Source: a virus
Lineage: Duplodnaviria > Caudoviricetes
DNA length: 64,000 nucleotides
Direction: 5' to 3' (one strand)
IMG/VR virus record: IMGVR_UViG_3300031555_001542
Location: 1-64,000 of that record
Shown here: piece by piece, positions 61,854 to 64,000 of the stretch
How positions within the stretch are numbered: the stretch's first letter is position 1
Layout of the letters: every line of letters starts with the position of its first letter
Made by a program: the position numbers and the translations under genes
Notes under the pieces: model-generated
Told to the model about the DNA's origin: nothing
Database searches by the model: none
The model's input: only the letters and a program-made list of their open reading frames with translations

Positions 61854-62851
61854 AAATGAATCTGCCGATGTAAAACTCTCTCTAATATACGGCGAAAACC
61901 GTGCGGACGGCAACGCCTTGGAAGGATAAACAACAATACAAAATTAATTTTTAATAGGAGGTGACGATATGAAAGAACATATTAATCATTGGATTATTTA
62001 TATGTATACTTTTCCAAATGGCAAAAGATATATTGGAAAAACTAAACGCACATTAAGTAGAAGACAAGGGTGTGATTTTACTGGATATGAAAATTGTACA
62101 GTTTTATGGAAAGCAATACAAAAATATGGTATCGAAAATATTCAGCAAGAAATCTTGTTTGAGAACGATATGACAGATGAGTATGCATCAAGACTTGAAC
62201 AAATTTGTATTTTACTTTTTAAAGCAAATTGCAATAAATTTTCAAATCCTAAGTTTGGATATAACCTAACAGATGGCGGAGATGGTGTATTAGGGTGGCA
62301 CCCAGACGAAGAGAGGCTTGAGGTTTTGCGCCTACAGATGTATGAGTTTGCAGAGAAACGAAGAGGAACACATCCTTCGGAAGAAACTAGAAAAAAGCAG
62401 AGTAAAGCCAAACAAGGTAAAAAACGAGGTCCAATGTCCGAGTCTACCAAACAGAAAATTAGTATTGCAAATAGTCGTGAAAACATGAGCGAGGAAACTC
62501 ATGTTCGACGTAGTAATTCAAAGAAAAAGAAAGTTATCGCCACGCATAAAACAACTAAAGAAGAAATAATTTTTAACAGTTGTGAGGAAGTGGCAGAATA
62601 TTTTCATGTTGGCTTCTCAACCGTTAGTAGATGGTGTAAGAAGTTGCGTAAACCGTCTGTTGATTATGATTTTGATTATTTATCCACCAACAACGACTGA
62701 ACGAGAGAGCGTCATAATGTGACGATGTAACAGTCTGAACACGAGCAACACCGCTATAAAGAAGCTCGTGAGGAAAGCTCAGAGGTAATCAGACCACTTA
62801 AAGAAGAAGCTTTCCCGCCTATTTAAAATAGGTCATAAAAGTAACAGCTTG
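61854..62851 (+). mobile_element. Group I intron (998 nt)
   Basis: P1 ATCGGT/GCCGAT with U.G at the splice site; P3 CTCTCTC/GAGAGAG; P7 GACT/AGTC; P8 CGTCAT..GTGACG; terminal G at 62851; splicing restores FIG-KYNFNNDK in frame. Confidence 0.9.
61969..62700 (+). CDS. Intron-encoded GIY-YIG homing endonuclease with NUMOD3 repeats and C-terminal HTH
   Basis: IIYMYT..YIGKT, YNLTDGGDG, HPSEETRKKQSKAK, FNSCEEVAEYF. Confidence 0.9.
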   Translation: MKEHINHWIIYMYTFPNGKRYIGKTKRTLSRRQGCDFTGYENCTVLWKAIQKYGIENIQQEILFENDMTDEYASRLEQICILLFKANCNKFSNPKFGYNLTDGGDGVLGWHPDEERLEVLRLQMYEFAEKRRGTHPSEETRKKQSKAKQGKKRGPMSESTKQKISIANSRENMSEETHVRRSNSKKKKVIATHKTTKEEIIFNSCEEVAEYFHVGFSTVSRWCKKLRKPSVDYDFDYLSTNND

Positions 62852-64000
62852 AAGTACAATTTTAATAATGATAAGTCCAGTCCAGAAGTCTTTGGCTTCG
62901 CAGCTGGTGACGAGTCTTGGGAAATCAGAAATAATACATCTAATCGTGTTCTATGGAAGTCTGCTGATTTCAATGGAACAGATTGGCTAAACGACTTTGA
63001 AGCTAGATACCCAGAAGATAACACTAATACTGAAAATCTATCTGCCCTAGCTACTTGGCTGGTGTCTACAGATCAGAGTGCAGCCACTAATGAGGCGCTA
63101 AATCCTGCCGTAACATATGGTGATGTCACCTACGACAAAGATACTGCAGAGTATCGTTTGGCTAAGTTTAAGAACGAGATTTCTAATTACTTAGAACTTG
63201 ACAGCGCTTTATTCTATTATTTATTCACAGAACTTTTCTTGATGGTTGACTCTAGAGCAAAGAACGCCTTCCCCACTCTATACAGTGGTGGTAAATGGTG
63301 CTGGCTACCTTACGATATGGACACCGCTATTGGTACTAATAACGAAGGTGCCTTGACATTCTCCTATGAGTTAGAAGATATCGACCAGACTTCTACTGGA
63401 GCAGATGTCTATAACGGACAAGATAGCGTTATGTGGATTAACCTACGTGCAGCATTTATGGACGAACTTCGCACAATGTATCAAAAGTTACGTTCTGATG
63501 AAGCAATTTCTTATGCCGACACAGAAAGACGTTTTGAGGAACATCAGAATGTATGGCCAGAGGCTATTTTCAATGAAGATAGCTATTATAAGTATCTTGA
63601 GCCCCTATTTAATGACAATACAGCATCATATCTAGGAATGTTACAAGGCAGTAAGGCAGAACAGCGTAAGTGGTGGCTATATAATAGATTCCGTTATATT
63701 GACAGTAAGTATAACGCTGGTGATGCACAAAAGGACTTTATTACTCTTCGTGGCTATGCTAAGGATGATATCACAGTTACTCCTTATGCTGATATTTATG
63801 CAACCATTAAATACGGTTCTTATCTAGAGCAGGTTCGTGCTCTTCGTGGTGGTAATTATACTCTAGAATGTCCACTAGACAATGTTAATGATACAGAAAT
63901 TTATATCTACTCAGCTTCTCAGTTGGCTGATATTGGTGATATATCTGGTCTGAAGGTTGGTTATGCCGACTTCTCTATGGGCACAAAGTTACAGAATCTA
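62852..64000 (+). CDS. Large tail/adsorption protein, exon 2 (CotH-kinase-like; runs off the window)
   Basis: Open frame KYNFNNDKS..FEARYP..MVDSRAKN..PYDMDTAIG to the window end; absent from the ORF track. Confidence 0.85.

Noticed and set aside
61854-61859. Stop-codon recoding or a genuine end of the 1000-aa ORF
   Set aside because: The TGA lies inside the intron, and other genes end normally at TAA, TAG or TGA
63405-63635. 76-aa + strand ORF
   Set aside because: Out-of-frame overlap within exon 2 of the tail gene

Overview
The window is 64 kb of a large tailed-phage genome with SPbeta-like gene order. The host is probably a Firmicute, judged from Gram-positive-type RBS and sigma-A promoters. 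The left arm (1-25.6 kb, - strand) is mostly small hypothetical early genes. A strand and skew switch at about 25.8 kb is followed by a wHTH gene, iteron-like repeats and an AT-rich tract. The right arm (+ strand) encodes a YonO-like single-subunit RNA polymerase, HU, a phosphoesterase, terminase, portal, scaffold, capsid, neck, tail-tube and tail-fibre genes. It ends in a large CotH-like tail gene split by a group I intron that carries a GIY-YIG endonuclease. The stand-out element is a reverse transcriptase (2360-3619, -) whose stop codon runs directly into an array of five 149-210 bp units (1483-2359). The units share a fixed-spacing scaffold with a unit-specific, co-varying 5-bp pairing. 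Each unit carries a different long hairpin with an invariant GATA tetraloop, and its G-T wobbles work only on the strand the RT would synthesise. This looks like a multiplexed, retron-like RT/ncRNA-array system making several ssDNA hairpins, with two unknown co-oriented genes downstream. All calls come from reading the sequence by eye; no searches were run.
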